A stretch of DNA of 64,000 nucleotides from Candidatus Babelota bacterium (GTDB lineage Bacteria; Babelota; Babeliae; Babelales; CAIQNR01): contig CBFHTA010000001.1 in assembly GCA_965658655.1 (NCBI GenBank), positions 104,722 through 168,721 on the forward strand. The letters are read 5' to 3'. The number at the start of each line of letters is the position of its first letter. The first letter of the stretch is position 1. Under the pieces are notes generated by a model that saw nothing but the letters and a program-made list of their open reading frames with translations, ran no database searches and had not been told where the DNA came from. This document shows positions 28,924 through 39,395 of the stretch, piece by piece. The translations under genes and the position numbers were made by a program.

Positions 28924-29805
28924 CTATTTACGATCACGCAACAACAACATAACTGGGCTTGCGATAAATATTGAAGAATAGGTTCCAACAATAATACCAA
29001 CAAGCAGCGCAAGTGATAGACTTCGTAATGACTCTCCTCCATATACGAACAATGAACCAACAGTTAAACCTGTAGAAATACTTGTTAAAAGTGTTCTTTT
29101 CAGAGTTTGGTTCAAACTTAAATTCACTACCTCGTTCGCTGTTTTGCTCGATTCTTTCACAAAGTTTTCTCTAATACGTGCGTAAATTACAATCGTATCG
29201 TTAATGGAGTAACCTAGTGTAGTTAGAATTGCAATGACTACATTTGGAGAGATCTCTTTGTCTAACAAAACAAAGACCGCCAAGATACACAGTGCATCAT
29301 GGAAAATAGCGACTACTGCACCCATTCCATATGATAAAGACCAAAACCTGAAAGCAATATATAAAAGCATTGCAAGCAAACCAAGCGCAACCATCCAAAG
29401 CGAGTTAGAGATCAATGCAGATCCCACTCCAGGACCAACTGCGTTAGTCTCTAAAATAGTCACTTTAGTATCAGTCAAATGTTTTTCTAATCCGTCTTTA
29501 ATAGTAGTTCCAAGACCTTGTACATTATTAGAAAATTCTTTTACCCGTACAAGCGCATCAACATCGCTAAACTCTCTTGTTGTTGCATCTTTAAAGCCAC
29601 TACCAGCTAAGGCGTTCTTTAAACTTTCTGAACCTACTGGCTTACTAAATTTAACTAAAAGCTGCGTTCCACCAACAAAGTCTACGCTATAACGAAAACC
29701 TTTATGCTGAATATAACCAAAAACACCGGCTCCTATAAGAACACAAGACAAAAGCGCAGCTGTAACACGGTATCTTAAAAAATTGATGCGAGGATATTGA
29801 ACCAT
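28924..29805 (-). CDS. secF: Protein translocase subunit SecF
   Basis: SVDFVGGT, VGP, HD, GYSINDTIVIYARIREN, GTYSSIFIASP. Confidence 0.95.
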   Translation of the reverse strand: MVQYPRINFLRYRVTAALLSCVLIGAGVFGYIQHKGFRYSVDFVGGTQLLVKFSKPVGSESLKNALAGSGFKDATTREFSDVDALVRVKEFSNNVQGLGTTIKDGLEKHLTDTKVTILETNAVGPGVGSALISNSLWMVALGLLAMLLYIAFRFWSLSYGMGAVVAIFHDALCILAVFVLLDKEISPNVVIAILTTLGYSINDTIVIYARIRENFVKESSKTANEVVNLSLNQTLKRTLLTSISTGLTVGSLFVYGGESLRSLSLALLVGIIVGTYSSIFIASPVMLLLRDRK

Positions 29806-29900
29806 CCTTACTCTCCACAAAGTTTAAAATCGTTTGGAATAATCATGAATACGTACCAGCAAGTCTTATCATGTTTTTATGTTTAAAGCAAAAAGATTTT

Positions 29901-30161
29901 TTACTCAGAAATCGGATCTATAGAAACATATTTACGGCCACCAAATCCATAGTGAAACCTAATAACCCCTGCTCCTTTAGCGAACAGAGTATGATCTTTA
30001 CCCATTCCTACTTTTTTTCCTGGATGAACCTTTGTCCCACGTTGACGGATGATGATTTCACCACCAGTTACTGTTTGGCCTGCGAAGAGCTTAAAACCTA
30101 ATCTTCTACCCGCACTATCGCGACCGTTGGACGTTGACCCACCCGATTTACTCGTTGCCAT
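29901..30161 (-). CDS. rpmA: 50S ribosomal protein L27
   Basis: [31 protein letters not shown]. Confidence 0.97.
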   Translation of the reverse strand: MATSKSGGSTSNGRDSAGRRLGFKLFAGQTVTGGEIIIRQRGTKVHPGKKVGMGKDHTLFAKGAGVIRFHYGFGGRKYVSIDPISE

Positions 30162-30320
30162 GAGAAATCCTAACTTTTCTTTTAAAGTGTTCTTAAGGGA
30201 TTTTTTGGAATTTTATCTAGAATCCTTTGATTCCATGATAGCCTTGAGTATGACAATATTGATTTTAAAAGTCAACACTTTCACCATTATGAGCTTATAT
30301 TCAGCATATCTAAGCTTAAT

Positions 30321-30635
30321 TTATATACATAAACAACAAAAGGGGCACCCAAGCTTACTACAAAAAACATACAGAGGAATGGCTCCCATAGCTGCTATTT
30401 CAAATTTTGTTGCCTCACGATTCAGGTCAACACGATAATTAGAAAAATAATTTTGTATTTCTTTCTCAGGCGTAAACGGCTTTTGAGTCGGTTGATTCTT
30501 ATGAACAACAAACTCGCGCGCCTCAAGATCTGACTCGTCTAGACAAGGCCTTTGAACAGATAAAGAATCCTTTTTTAAACCTTCTGTCTGCAGACACCCG
30601 ACTATAAACAATACCGTTAAGTTTATTTTTTTCAT
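30321..30635 (-). CDS. Hypothetical exported protein with a Cys-rich C-terminus (CCLCI)
   Basis: AAGGAG RBS; signal-like N-terminus. Confidence 0.65.
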   Translation of the reverse strand: MKKINLTVLFIVGCLQTEGLKKDSLSVQRPCLDESDLEAREFVVHKNQPTQKPFTPEKEIQNYFSNYRVDLNREATKFEIAAMGAIPLYVFCSKLGCPFCCLCI

Positions 30636-30699
30636 ACCTTTCTCCTTTTATTGATTCATTGAATCAAAGCTGCCAAGAACAATAATAAAAACTTTTGTA

Positions 30700-31077
30700 T
30701 CAAGGAGTATCGTTATCTTGAGAGTTGCAGCAATGGCTTAGATGCCTCAAACAAAGATAAGTTGCCAAAGACAGTCCCGCAGTTGCTCCTACTAGAAGCC
30801 AAACCTCACACTTACTTTTCTTGCAGCCTCCACACCCAGACAAATCTCCTTCACAAGCTATCTTTTTAGTTTTTTGTAGACAATCAAAACAAGATCCACA
30901 AAAGCACTGTGTCCCTTTAGAGTTTCTCCCTAACTCTAACAACTTGCTATCAGGCACCTGAATAGACCTTGTCCCGTAATCAAGATCACGGTTTGTCCAG
31001 CTTTCCAGTTTACTTTCTGAACAATGTGAAACAGTCACTACCAAAAAACCTAGAGTTAGACTCCATCTTTTCTCCAA
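30700..31077 (-). CDS. Hypothetical exported Cys-rich protein with a C-terminal TM
   Basis: AAGGAGG RBS with TTG start; CFCGSCFDC and CGGC; TM followed by CC. Confidence 0.65.
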   Translation of the reverse strand: MEKRWSLTLGFLVVTVSHCSESKLESWTNRDLDYGTRSIQVPDSKLLELGRNSKGTQCFCGSCFDCLQKTKKIACEGDLSGCGGCKKSKCEVWLLVGATAGLSLATYLCLRHLSHCCNSQDNDTP

Positions 31078-31111
31078 AAGCCCTCCTTTGCTATATTATC
31101 TTCCTGCACCG

Positions 31112-31408
31112 TCAAGGTTTGTAATGAAGAATCCTTTCCTCCACCCATGGAACAAGTTTTAAACAAACAACAAAAGCAGCTGTTGCCGCAAAAACACATG
31201 CTCTTTTTGCATTACTATCAAGAGGAGCAAGTCTATCTGTTAAATCTATTTGATTATTTCGATCTGTTCCTTCTGGTATCTCAACCCAAGACTCCCCTCT
31301 CTGCATCCCAAATGTTTTTAAAGGATGATCTGTTTTTCCTGTCCATTCGTCAGAAACCCCATGCAGCTGCGTTGCTACTAACATAAAAACTACAGCCATT
31401 ATTCGCAT
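31112..31408 (-). CDS. Hypothetical exported protein with a C-terminal TM
   Basis: AAGGA RBS, signal peptide, Cys-flanked TM. Confidence 0.65.
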   Translation of the reverse strand: MRIMAVVFMLVATQLHGVSDEWTGKTDHPLKTFGMQRGESWVEIPEGTDRNNQIDLTDRLAPLDSNAKRACVFAATAAFVVCLKLVPWVEERILHYKP

Positions 31409-31426
31409 TTTGGTACATCCTTTCTA

Positions 31427-31777
31427 TTAACCCCCTGTAAAATTACCGCCATTCTGGTCTAAGTGTTGCTCGATTACTCCGCAAGTGGCAACCAAAATTA
31501 CTGCTGCTGCCGAAACAGCGGCACAAAGCGTAGCGTAGCACTTCCACCTAGGCTTTCTGCCAGTACAACAAGTATTTTTTGTACTATGTAAACTATGAAG
31601 TTCACTGTCACCACAAACAATTGCTCTCTCTAGAGAAAGCGGTGTCTTTACACTCGAAAACACTGTACTCTCTCCTGCCACCTCAATGCTCGGAGGGTAC
31701 CCATAAGGGTACCTTTTGGCACCAAACGCCTGTCTGCTCATTACCATTAAAACTAACAACATTGTTAGTTTTTTCAT
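31427..31777 (-). CDS. Hypothetical exported protein with a C-terminal TM
   Basis: AAGGGG RBS, signal peptide ending AFG, Cys-flanked TM. Confidence 0.65.
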   Translation of the reverse strand: MKKLTMLLVLMVMSRQAFGAKRYPYGYPPSIEVAGESTVFSSVKTPLSLERAIVCGDSELHSLHSTKNTCCTGRKPRWKCYATLCAAVSAAAVILVATCGVIEQHLDQNGGNFTGG

Positions 31778-32078
31778 GTCTTACCCCTTTAATCTTATTA
31801 TTCTCATGTAACGCTACAAGCTGATGCCAGAGACTCTTTATTAACAGAAGTTATTGTTGATACAACAATGCACTCTAATCATAGAGTTATCAATGCAAAC
31901 AGAAATGACATTAATGAATTGCTCCTTCTCTATTGTATCCATCCCGTGTTAACACCTTTTTCTGAATCATTTGAGGTAATTACAATTCCAGAACTATTTG
32001 GCCTACACGTATTGCCCGGTTTAAAAGAGAAGCATCCATATGCTCTAAGTGATATAAAAACAAACCTTAAGGTTCAGA

Positions 32079-32849
32079 TTACTCACCTAACTGCTCTGTC
32101 CATTCTTTAAGTTGATCTTCCCACTCATCACCAATTAAATATTTTTTACGCCAGGCTTCGAGTGAATACTTAAAGTGCGGAAGCGCTAATTTTAAAAGCC
32201 CAAGAGCATATTCACGAATTTCTTTTTGTGCACCAGAACCTAAGCGTAGCTTCATAAAGTGCATAAGTGACTGTAAGTTACAGGTATAGATAAACTCGGT
32301 ATACGTTGCTACCGGCAATATTGCACGAGCTTGCTCACGACATACACCCGCTTCGAGCATTTTAGTATAAGCATCATATGCATTTTCCAAAGCCTGTTTA
32401 TATTGCCCTGTTAATTCATCGTTAGTAAAAGCCCCATAAGAAGATTGTCCATTTTCTTTATCTTGCAATCTAAAATCTTTAGGTATATAAAATTCTGTTT
32501 TTACTTTTACATAGCGATAGCTAATCTCATTGTACGAGTTAATTCTATGGCGCATCCATTGCCGTGTAATAAAAATTGGCGCTTTCACACGAAAAGACAA
32601 CTGATTGTGTTCAAAAGGGCTTGAATGGTTATGCTCCATAAGAAAATCAATAAGCTTTTTGTCTCGCTCACTTATTTCATGAGAAATTCTTCCATAAGAA
32701 ACACGGGCAGCATTGGCAATATCAAGATCAGAGCCAGATACGCGAACCAACTCTACCGAGCTAATTCCATCGCCAAGAGGATCTACTCTATTTTCTTGCG
32801 CTCCAAAAACTGTTTGCGTTGTTTTTGTTTTTTGTTGGTCCATAGACAT
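32079..32849 (-). CDS. thyX: FAD-dependent thymidylate synthase
   Basis: AARVSY, HSSPFEH, RQWMRHR...SYNEISYRY, REQARAILP, AQKEIR. Confidence 0.96.
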   Translation of the reverse strand: MSMDQQKTKTTQTVFGAQENRVDPLGDGISSVELVRVSGSDLDIANAARVSYGRISHEISERDKKLIDFLMEHNHSSPFEHNQLSFRVKAPIFITRQWMRHRINSYNEISYRYVKVKTEFYIPKDFRLQDKENGQSSYGAFTNDELTGQYKQALENAYDAYTKMLEAGVCREQARAILPVATYTEFIYTCNLQSLMHFMKLRLGSGAQKEIREYALGLLKLALPHFKYSLEAWRKKYLIGDEWEDQLKEWTEQLGE

Positions 32850-32918
32850 ATCCTTTTAGTAAAAATGTCGTTTCAAACAGAATACTAAACAATAAAAATG
32901 GTATCAAATACTAGATAC

Positions 32919-33503
32919 TTACAAACAAACCGCTAAGCCCACTACAAACTTAACAAATCTTCCACAACACGCACTCACACTTTCCATACAGCTACTTTCA
33001 CGCTCTTTGCCATCTTCTTCGTCTTCAGCTGCTTGCTCTTCTAAGATTGTACCTGTGTGTCCCATTACCGGTTGTGCGCGAGATCCTTTTTTCTCTGTTT
33101 CTTCGTCGCTTTTCTCTCTGCCCCCAATAACAAATGTCGCTTTTACAGGACGATCTTTTGCGCCCTTAATCTTCACAGTTGCGTGAACCGTTCCACTACC
33201 CGTAGACTCAGGCCGATCCTCACCACTACCGGCAGACTGCGGACGCGATTCAGAAGAACGTATTGCCCCAATCGTTTCTGCTCTTTTTCTTTGTGCTCCA
33301 GCAACCCACTTCAAGCAACTCAATGATGTTTGACTTGTTAAACCTGCTCCATCTTCAGGCGCTGAATGGGGGCGTCCATCTTTTCGCGGAGATATTTTGG
33401 ACTGAAGGGCTAGTCGTTGCCTTTCATCAAGAGGAGTCACTTTCGCGGTTCCTGCTTGCAAAAAAAGACCTGTTAAGCTAAATAGCAAAAGTATTCCCTT
33501 CAT
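32919..33503 (-). CDS. Hypothetical exported, mostly disordered protein with a Cys-rich hydrophobic tail
   Basis: Signal peptide, Ser/Arg-rich low-complexity body, C-terminus CCGRFVKFVVGLAVCL. Confidence 0.7.
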   Translation of the reverse strand: MKGILLLFSLTGLFLQAGTAKVTPLDERQRLALQSKISPRKDGRPHSAPEDGAGLTSQTSLSCLKWVAGAQRKRAETIGAIRSSESRPQSAGSGEDRPESTGSGTVHATVKIKGAKDRPVKATFVIGGREKSDEETEKKGSRAQPVMGHTGTILEEQAAEDEEDGKERESSCMESVSACCGRFVKFVVGLAVCL

Positions 33504-33619
33504 GGCTCTACCCCTTATGCACCTCTTACCCCGCGCGAAATAACCCTAAAAAGCTCAGAAAGCTCATGCTTTTTTATAGCGCTATTTAATAAAGGATTAC
33601 AAGGATTAGCAGAAGAAGG

Positions 33620-36322
33620 TTACTTTGCTTCCTTCCAGTTATTACCAGTATGCGTATCTACAAGAAGTGAAACATCCCAGTTGACCACACTTTGTAACTC
33701 TTTTTTAACAAGCTCTTCAACTTCTTGCTCAGAACCTTTTGCAACAGTCAAAAGAATTTCATCATGAATTTGTAATAACATGCAAGCGTCGAGCTTTTGC
33801 TTCTTCAGTGCATCAAAAACTTTGAGCATTCCCATTTTCATGATCTCAGCAGCTGTTCCTTGAGCAACTGTATTTACCGCAATACGACATGCGAGATCAT
33901 AGAGATTTTTATTGCGTTCTTTTAATCCAGGAACAGGCCGGCGTCTACCAAAAACAGTCGTCACATACCCGTCTTCTTTGCCCTTATCAATAACCGAATC
34001 CATCCACTCTCGCACTTTTGGATACTGGGCAAAATAAGTCTCAATATACTTTTTTGCATCTTTTAATGGAATATCTAAATCTTTTGAAAGGCCATAGGGA
34101 GTTAAACCATACAAAATGCTAAAGTTAATACGTTTACCAACAGTACGTTCTTTAGGTGTAACTTTATCAAGTGAAACATCAAAAATACGAGCTGCTGTTT
34201 CTGCATGAATATCATGACCATCTTTAAATGCTTTAAGGAGTGTAGGATCTTGAGACAAGTGCGCTAATACACGCAGCTCAATTTGCGAGTAATCGGCAGA
34301 CAAGAAAACCCTATCCCCTTGGGGCTTAAAGGCCATACGCACAGTGCTGCCCAAACCATCTACTGGTATGTTTTGAAGATTAGGGTTAGAACTTGAAAGC
34401 CGTCCGGTTGCGACACGAATTTGAGAATAGTCTGTGTGAATACGACCCGTTTTTTTATCTATATATTCAGGAAGCGCATCAATGTAAGTACTTTTTAATT
34501 TAAAAAGCTCTCGATACTGCATAATATAGCTTGGAACAGGATGCTCTTTTGAGAGTTCCATGAGAACCGCATTGTCCGTTGAATACCCATCACCTTTAGC
34601 GTTTTTACGCTTTGGTGGTAACTTTAAATAATCAAATAATAAATGAGCAACTTGCTTTGAGGAACTAAAATTAATTTTTTCAAACTGAGGGTCAAGCAAT
34701 GCAATAGCTGTTCTTCGGATATCTTCAATCTGCTTAGTTACTACTTTATCAAGCTCTTCCAAAATAGAAACATCACAATAAATACCACGTAATTCCATAT
34801 CTACAAGGACATCTAACAGAGGCATTTCAATAGCATAAAAAATCTTTTCTACATTTTTTTCTTTGAGCAGCGGCTTTAAAACAAAATATAATTTAAACGT
34901 TTGGTGTGAATCTGCAGCAGCATATTCTGTAGCTTCGTCAATAGGAACTTCTGCAAAATCTTTACGGCCTCGCTGATTTACGATTTCCTTAAAAGTCCAC
35001 ATTGGCTCATTTAAGTAGTGATACGAAATTTCTTTAAGGGCGTTTTTTTGCCACTCTTCTTTAACTAAATTTGCAGCCAAAATAGTATCAAAAATCATAC
35101 CGCGCTCTTTAATGCCATGTTGCGCCATAACCATTTGATCGAACTTTGCATGATGAGCAATTTTTTTAATATTCGCATCTTCAAAGAGAGGCTTAATTTT
35201 TTCTAAAACGTACTCCCGCTCAAGCTGTTGTCCCTCGTTGTGTCCAAACGGAATATAATAAGAAACACCTTCTTGAGTACAAATCGAAAAACCTATCATG
35301 TCTAAATCAACCGCATTTGTTCCAACACCTTCAGTGTCGTAGGCAAAAAGTTTCTTTTCTTTAATCTCAGTAACAACTTGCTCTAAAAGCTCTTTAGTGT
35401 TTACACAGATAAATTGATACCCACGTTCTTGTGAAGTTCTAACGTGCCGCACCGGGCTACCTGCTTGCGCCATACCACGGAGCAAACTTTTAAACCCAAG
35501 CTTTTCAAAAATACCTCGAGCGTCTACCCAACGCGTTGCATTAAACTTAAGATCGTCAAACGCAACGATGAGTTTATGCATACGGAGCAAGAATAATTTT
35601 TGACTCAAGAATGCATTGTCTTTATTTTTTTCAAGCGCATTTTTTAAACGATTAACAGTTACTCTATCTAAGTTGTTATATAAATCTTCAAGTGATCTAA
35701 ACTCAGAGACCAACTCTAAGGCCCCTTTTTTGCCAATACCTTTTACCCCAGGAATATTGTCTGAAGAATCCCCAAGAAGCGCAAAATAAAACGGTGCCTT
35801 CTGGGGAGAGAACCCTAATTTGTCTTCATACACTTGCTCATCAATAAACAAATCTTTAAAAGTATCAAACATAATAATGTTTTCATTTAACATCTGGCCC
35901 ATGTCTTTATCAGATGTTACCACTACTACATTTTTCCCCTGAGACTCCCACTCTTTTGCTAACGAATACATTAGATCATCTGCTTCTACCCCAGACCGAG
36001 ACAATTGATGCAAACCAATCGCATTAGCAAAATCAATGATGTATTCTTTTTGTTCAAAGAGATCGCTTGGTGGATCTTGACGCGTTGCTTTGTATTCAGG
36101 AAATATCTCATGTCGCTCTGTTGGTCCTTTACTGTCCCAGACGAGTGCTAAATGTTCAGGCTCAAATTGATCAACAAGCTTTTTGATCATTCGACAAAAA
36201 CCATACACTGCTTGAATCGGCTTACCATCTGCTGTATGCATTGGACGCAAACCATAATAAGCACGATATAAGAACGAAGATCCGTCAATTAAAAACAACG
36301 TATTTTTAGAATCAATATCCAT
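33620..36322 (-). CDS. polA: DNA polymerase I
   Basis: 5' nuclease LIDGSSFLYRAY; exonuclease YDTE; polymerase motifs GRLSSSNPNLQNIP, ADYSQIELR, QIHDE. Confidence 0.98.
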   Translation of the reverse strand: MDIDSKNTLFLIDGSSFLYRAYYGLRPMHTADGKPIQAVYGFCRMIKKLVDQFEPEHLALVWDSKGPTERHEIFPEYKATRQDPPSDLFEQKEYIIDFANAIGLHQLSRSGVEADDLMYSLAKEWESQGKNVVVVTSDKDMGQMLNENIIMFDTFKDLFIDEQVYEDKLGFSPQKAPFYFALLGDSSDNIPGVKGIGKKGALELVSEFRSLEDLYNNLDRVTVNRLKNALEKNKDNAFLSQKLFLLRMHKLIVAFDDLKFNATRWVDARGIFEKLGFKSLLRGMAQAGSPVRHVRTSQERGYQFICVNTKELLEQVVTEIKEKKLFAYDTEGVGTNAVDLDMIGFSICTQEGVSYYIPFGHNEGQQLEREYVLEKIKPLFEDANIKKIAHHAKFDQMVMAQHGIKERGMIFDTILAANLVKEEWQKNALKEISYHYLNEPMWTFKEIVNQRGRKDFAEVPIDEATEYAAADSHQTFKLYFVLKPLLKEKNVEKIFYAIEMPLLDVLVDMELRGIYCDVSILEELDKVVTKQIEDIRRTAIALLDPQFEKINFSSSKQVAHLLFDYLKLPPKRKNAKGDGYSTDNAVLMELSKEHPVPSYIMQYRELFKLKSTYIDALPEYIDKKTGRIHTDYSQIRVATGRLSSSNPNLQNIPVDGLGSTVRMAFKPQGDRVFLSADYSQIELRVLAHLSQDPTLLKAFKDGHDIHAETAARIFDVSLDKVTPKERTVGKRINFSILYGLTPYGLSKDLDIPLKDAKKYIETYFAQYPKVREWMDSVIDKGKEDGYVTTVFGRRRPVPGLKERNKNLYDLACRIAVNTVAQGTAAEIMKMGMLKVFDALKKQKLDACMLLQIHDEILLTVAKGSEQEVEELVKKELQSVVNWDVSLLVDTHTGNNWKEAK

Positions 36323-36454
36323 GAGTATTCCTCTAATAGAAAGGTTTACTCAAGTATACCGCACTCTACAGAATAAATAAAAACGATTAAACTCCCACTT
36401 GCTCTCACTTTCAAACATTGTCTCTATTGTCTCTATTCTGCTACACTTATTCGT

Positions 36455-38398
36455 ATGTATATTGATGTAAAATTACTTTCAGGTTTTCCTAAACCACTTC
36501 TTTACCGCGCTCCAAGTATGTGGAAAAATATTCCAAAGGGTACTATTGTAAATGTTCCTATGCGCAATACTATTGTTCCCGGAGTTATTTTGCGAGTGCA
36601 CTCTACACCACCCAAAGTAAGCTTTGAGGTAAGAGAAGCAGAGAGCGTAGAGGCATTTCCTCAAGATAAAAACTATTACACGTTTATCGAAAAACTTTCA
36701 CAATACCATGCGGTAGAAGAAATGAGTTTTATTAAGCGTATTCATAGTTTTATAAAACAAAAAAACACACTTGATTTACCTGAACAAAAAACATCTGCAA
36801 AACACAAAAACGTTGAACTAACCAATGAACAGCAAACAGTTGTAGATTTTTTAGTTCCTAAAATAACCGCGCAAATTTACACCCCAACCCTTTTGCATGG
36901 TGTTACTGGATCGGGCAAAACAGAAGTCTATAAAAAATTAATCCTACAAGCATTTAAAGAAAAAAAGAGTGCCATTCTATTGTTGCCAGAAGTTTCTCTC
37001 GCCGTACAATTTGAACGATTACTTCGGGCACAACTTCCCATAGAAATTCCTATTGTCTCTTTCCATAGCGCAACAAGTGCAAAAACCAAAAAACTTTTAT
37101 GGAAGTACGCTTTAGAAGGTTATCCACAATTAATTCTTGGGGTGCATCTACCGGTACTTTTACCGTTAGCAAACCTTGGCTTAATTGTTATTGATGAAGA
37201 ACACGAATCTGGATTTCAAGAAAAAAAACACCCAAAACTCAACACTAAACATGCGGCATTACTACGTGCTCAACTGTATAATATTCCTATCTTATTAGGT
37301 TCAGCAACGCCTTCAATAACCTCGCTCTATAATGTTAAGCATAGAAACTGGAAACTATTTCAACTAAAAAAAAGATTCGCTGGAGCATTTCCTCAAATTC
37401 AAAAAGTATTGTTGACCGACAAAAAACAACGGAAACATTTCTGGTTGAGCAACGAACTTAAAAACGCATTAGAAGATCGATTACAAAAAAAAGAACAAAG
37501 CCTAGTGTTCTTAAATCGACGCGGGATCTGTTTCTTTCTACAGTGCAAATCATGCTCTCACATATTCAATTGCAGATCATGTTCAGTAAGTTTAACATTG
37601 CATGCAGACGATTTTTTAAAATGCCATTACTGTTCATATTCAGAACAAAAGCCAACAGAGTGCCCTGATTGCCAAAAAACAGAGTTTCTTAAAAAAGGTA
37701 TTGGAACGCAACAATTAGTGACTATGCTTCAACGAATTTTTCCTACCGCGCGCATTGCAAGAGCAGACATGGACACCACTGTAAATAAAAAATTATGGCA
37801 GCAAATTATTACGCAGTTTGAAGGCCAAGAACTTGATATTTTAGTCGGCACACAAACAATAACCAAAGGGTACCACTTTCCCAATGTTACCTTGGTGGGC
37901 ATTATTTGGGGAGACATTAACTTAAATTTCCCATTTTACAGTGCTCAAGAATCTGTTCTTCAGCAGCTTATTCAAGTGGCAGGACGCGCAGGTAGACAAC
38001 GCGCAGACAGCAAGGTTATTGTACAAACCATGACCGAGCATCCGTTATTCAACTATTTAAATGAAGTGGATTACCTAAAATTCTATCAAAAAGAAATCGA
38101 ACAACGTCGACTCGTCAATTATCCTCCCATGGTCCGTTTTGCTGAAATAGAAATTAAACACTCAAAAGAAGAAGTTACAGAACAAGAAGCATTTACTATT
38201 GCGGCCCACCTGTTGAAACTCAAAACCGTAACTGTTTTGGGGCCAACCGAGCCGCCGGTTTCTAAAATAAAAAAAGTATTCAGTAAAAAAATCTATTTAA
38301 AAGCGCGAGAGTTTAAAGCTTTAGTGGATGCATTCAAGACACTTGACCAAAAAACACTCCGAAGTTCTCTCTTCTTTACACCCCATCCTCTAAGCTGA
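36455..38398 (+). CDS. priA: Primosomal protein N' (replication-restart helicase)
   Basis: HGVTGSGKTEVY, DEEH, GSATP, four CxxC zinc motifs, QVAGRAGR. Confidence 0.96.
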   Translation: MYIDVKLLSGFPKPLLYRAPSMWKNIPKGTIVNVPMRNTIVPGVILRVHSTPPKVSFEVREAESVEAFPQDKNYYTFIEKLSQYHAVEEMSFIKRIHSFIKQKNTLDLPEQKTSAKHKNVELTNEQQTVVDFLVPKITAQIYTPTLLHGVTGSGKTEVYKKLILQAFKEKKSAILLLPEVSLAVQFERLLRAQLPIEIPIVSFHSATSAKTKKLLWKYALEGYPQLILGVHLPVLLPLANLGLIVIDEEHESGFQEKKHPKLNTKHAALLRAQLYNIPILLGSATPSITSLYNVKHRNWKLFQLKKRFAGAFPQIQKVLLTDKKQRKHFWLSNELKNALEDRLQKKEQSLVFLNRRGICFFLQCKSCSHIFNCRSCSVSLTLHADDFLKCHYCSYSEQKPTECPDCQKTEFLKKGIGTQQLVTMLQRIFPTARIARADMDTTVNKKLWQQIITQFEGQELDILVGTQTITKGYHFPNVTLVGIIWGDINLNFPFYSAQESVLQQLIQVAGRAGRQRADSKVIVQTMTEHPLFNYLNEVDYLKFYQKEIEQRRLVNYPPMVRFAEIEIKHSKEEVTEQEAFTIAAHLLKLKTVTVLGPTEPPVSKIKKVFSKKIYLKAREFKALVDAFKTLDQKTLRSSLFFTPHPLS

Positions 38399-38409
38399 AA
38401 ATATACCCC

Positions 38410-38667
38410 TTAAGCTTTGCCCTGCAAGAGCTTTTCGGAATCACTTTCCTCCTTTTTACCTCCCTCTGAAGACTTGTAAGATAAGATAGAAGCTGCCTTC
38501 CTTTGCCCATTGATCATACTCTCGCAGATATCCCCTGCCGTCCCCCAACTATGTGCTTTCTTAGCTTTTTTTGGTTCTTTGCTCCCGGGTTCTTCTAGAG
38601 GAGAAGTTGCCACAACACAAAAACTAAATAAGCCTAAAAATATGCTTAATAAAAAAATATTTTTCAT
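38410..38667 (-). CDS. Hypothetical small exported protein
   Basis: MKNIFLL signal peptide after a GGAG RBS; charged, disordered body. Confidence 0.6.
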   Translation of the reverse strand: MKNIFLLSIFLGLFSFCVVATSPLEEPGSKEPKKAKKAHSWGTAGDICESMINGQRKAASILSYKSSEGGKKEESDSEKLLQGKA

Positions 38668-38684
38668 CCCTACTCCTACTATTT

Positions 38685-39230
38685 TTAATCGACTACAAAA
38701 AAACATTCTTTATAATGTTTGAGCTCTTCAATAGATTCTCTTATATCATCAAGCGCACGGTGAGTATTGTGTTTTTTGTGCTCCAATGCAGGGTTCCCTG
38801 GAGACCACCTTCTAGCAAGTTCCTTAACGGTACTAACGTCTAGCGTTCTATAGTTCAAAAACTTATACAGCGCTGGCATATGATGCAAAAAGAAAAACCT
38901 ATCCATCCAGACAGAATTTCCACAAAGCGGAGATTTTCCTGGCTGGCAATATTTATACAAAAAATCGAGAACCTCCCTTTCTGCTTCTTCTTCAGTAATA
39001 TCTGAATTTACCACTTTTTGTAATAAGCCACTGCCGCCGTGCACTTTAGTACACCAGTCATCCATTTTTTCTAATGTTTCATCTGACTGTCCAATAACAA
39101 TTACTGGCCCCTCGGCAATAATATTCAATTGGTTGTCTGTAACAATAACAGCTATCTCTAAAATTTTATCTTTTGCTGGATGAAGTCCTGTCATCTCCAG
39201 GTCTATCCATACAAGATTATCCTTGTTCAC
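38685..39230 (-). CDS. orn: Oligoribonuclease
   Basis: LVWIDLEMTGL, CGNSVWMDR, DVSTVKELARRW, HRALDDIRESIEEL. Confidence 0.95.
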   Translation of the reverse strand: MNKDNLVWIDLEMTGLHPAKDKILEIAVIVTDNQLNIIAEGPVIVIGQSDETLEKMDDWCTKVHGGSGLLQKVVNSDITEEEAEREVLDFLYKYCQPGKSPLCGNSVWMDRFFFLHHMPALYKFLNYRTLDVSTVKELARRWSPGNPALEHKKHNTHRALDDIRESIEELKHYKECFFVVD

Positions 39231-39395
39231 TAGCCCAATCCTTCTTTTTCAAGCCCTGCTCTAAAAAACGACCAAACAAAGTTTCATACAAAGAGCAACA
39301 ATAACATTTCATAATAAAATCAACAGTAAAAAAGGCACCTCTATTCTTGTCATCAATTTTTGTAGATCAGAACCAACCCAAAAGTTTCGGTACTC

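Noticed and set aside
31868..32110. 80-aa plus-strand ORF converging on thyX
   Set aside because: No clear RBS or recognisable family and it overlaps the thyX end; at most a remnant.
32919..32935. CaaX box at the end of 32919..33503
   Set aside because: It ends AVCL, with the Cys second from last rather than fourth from last.
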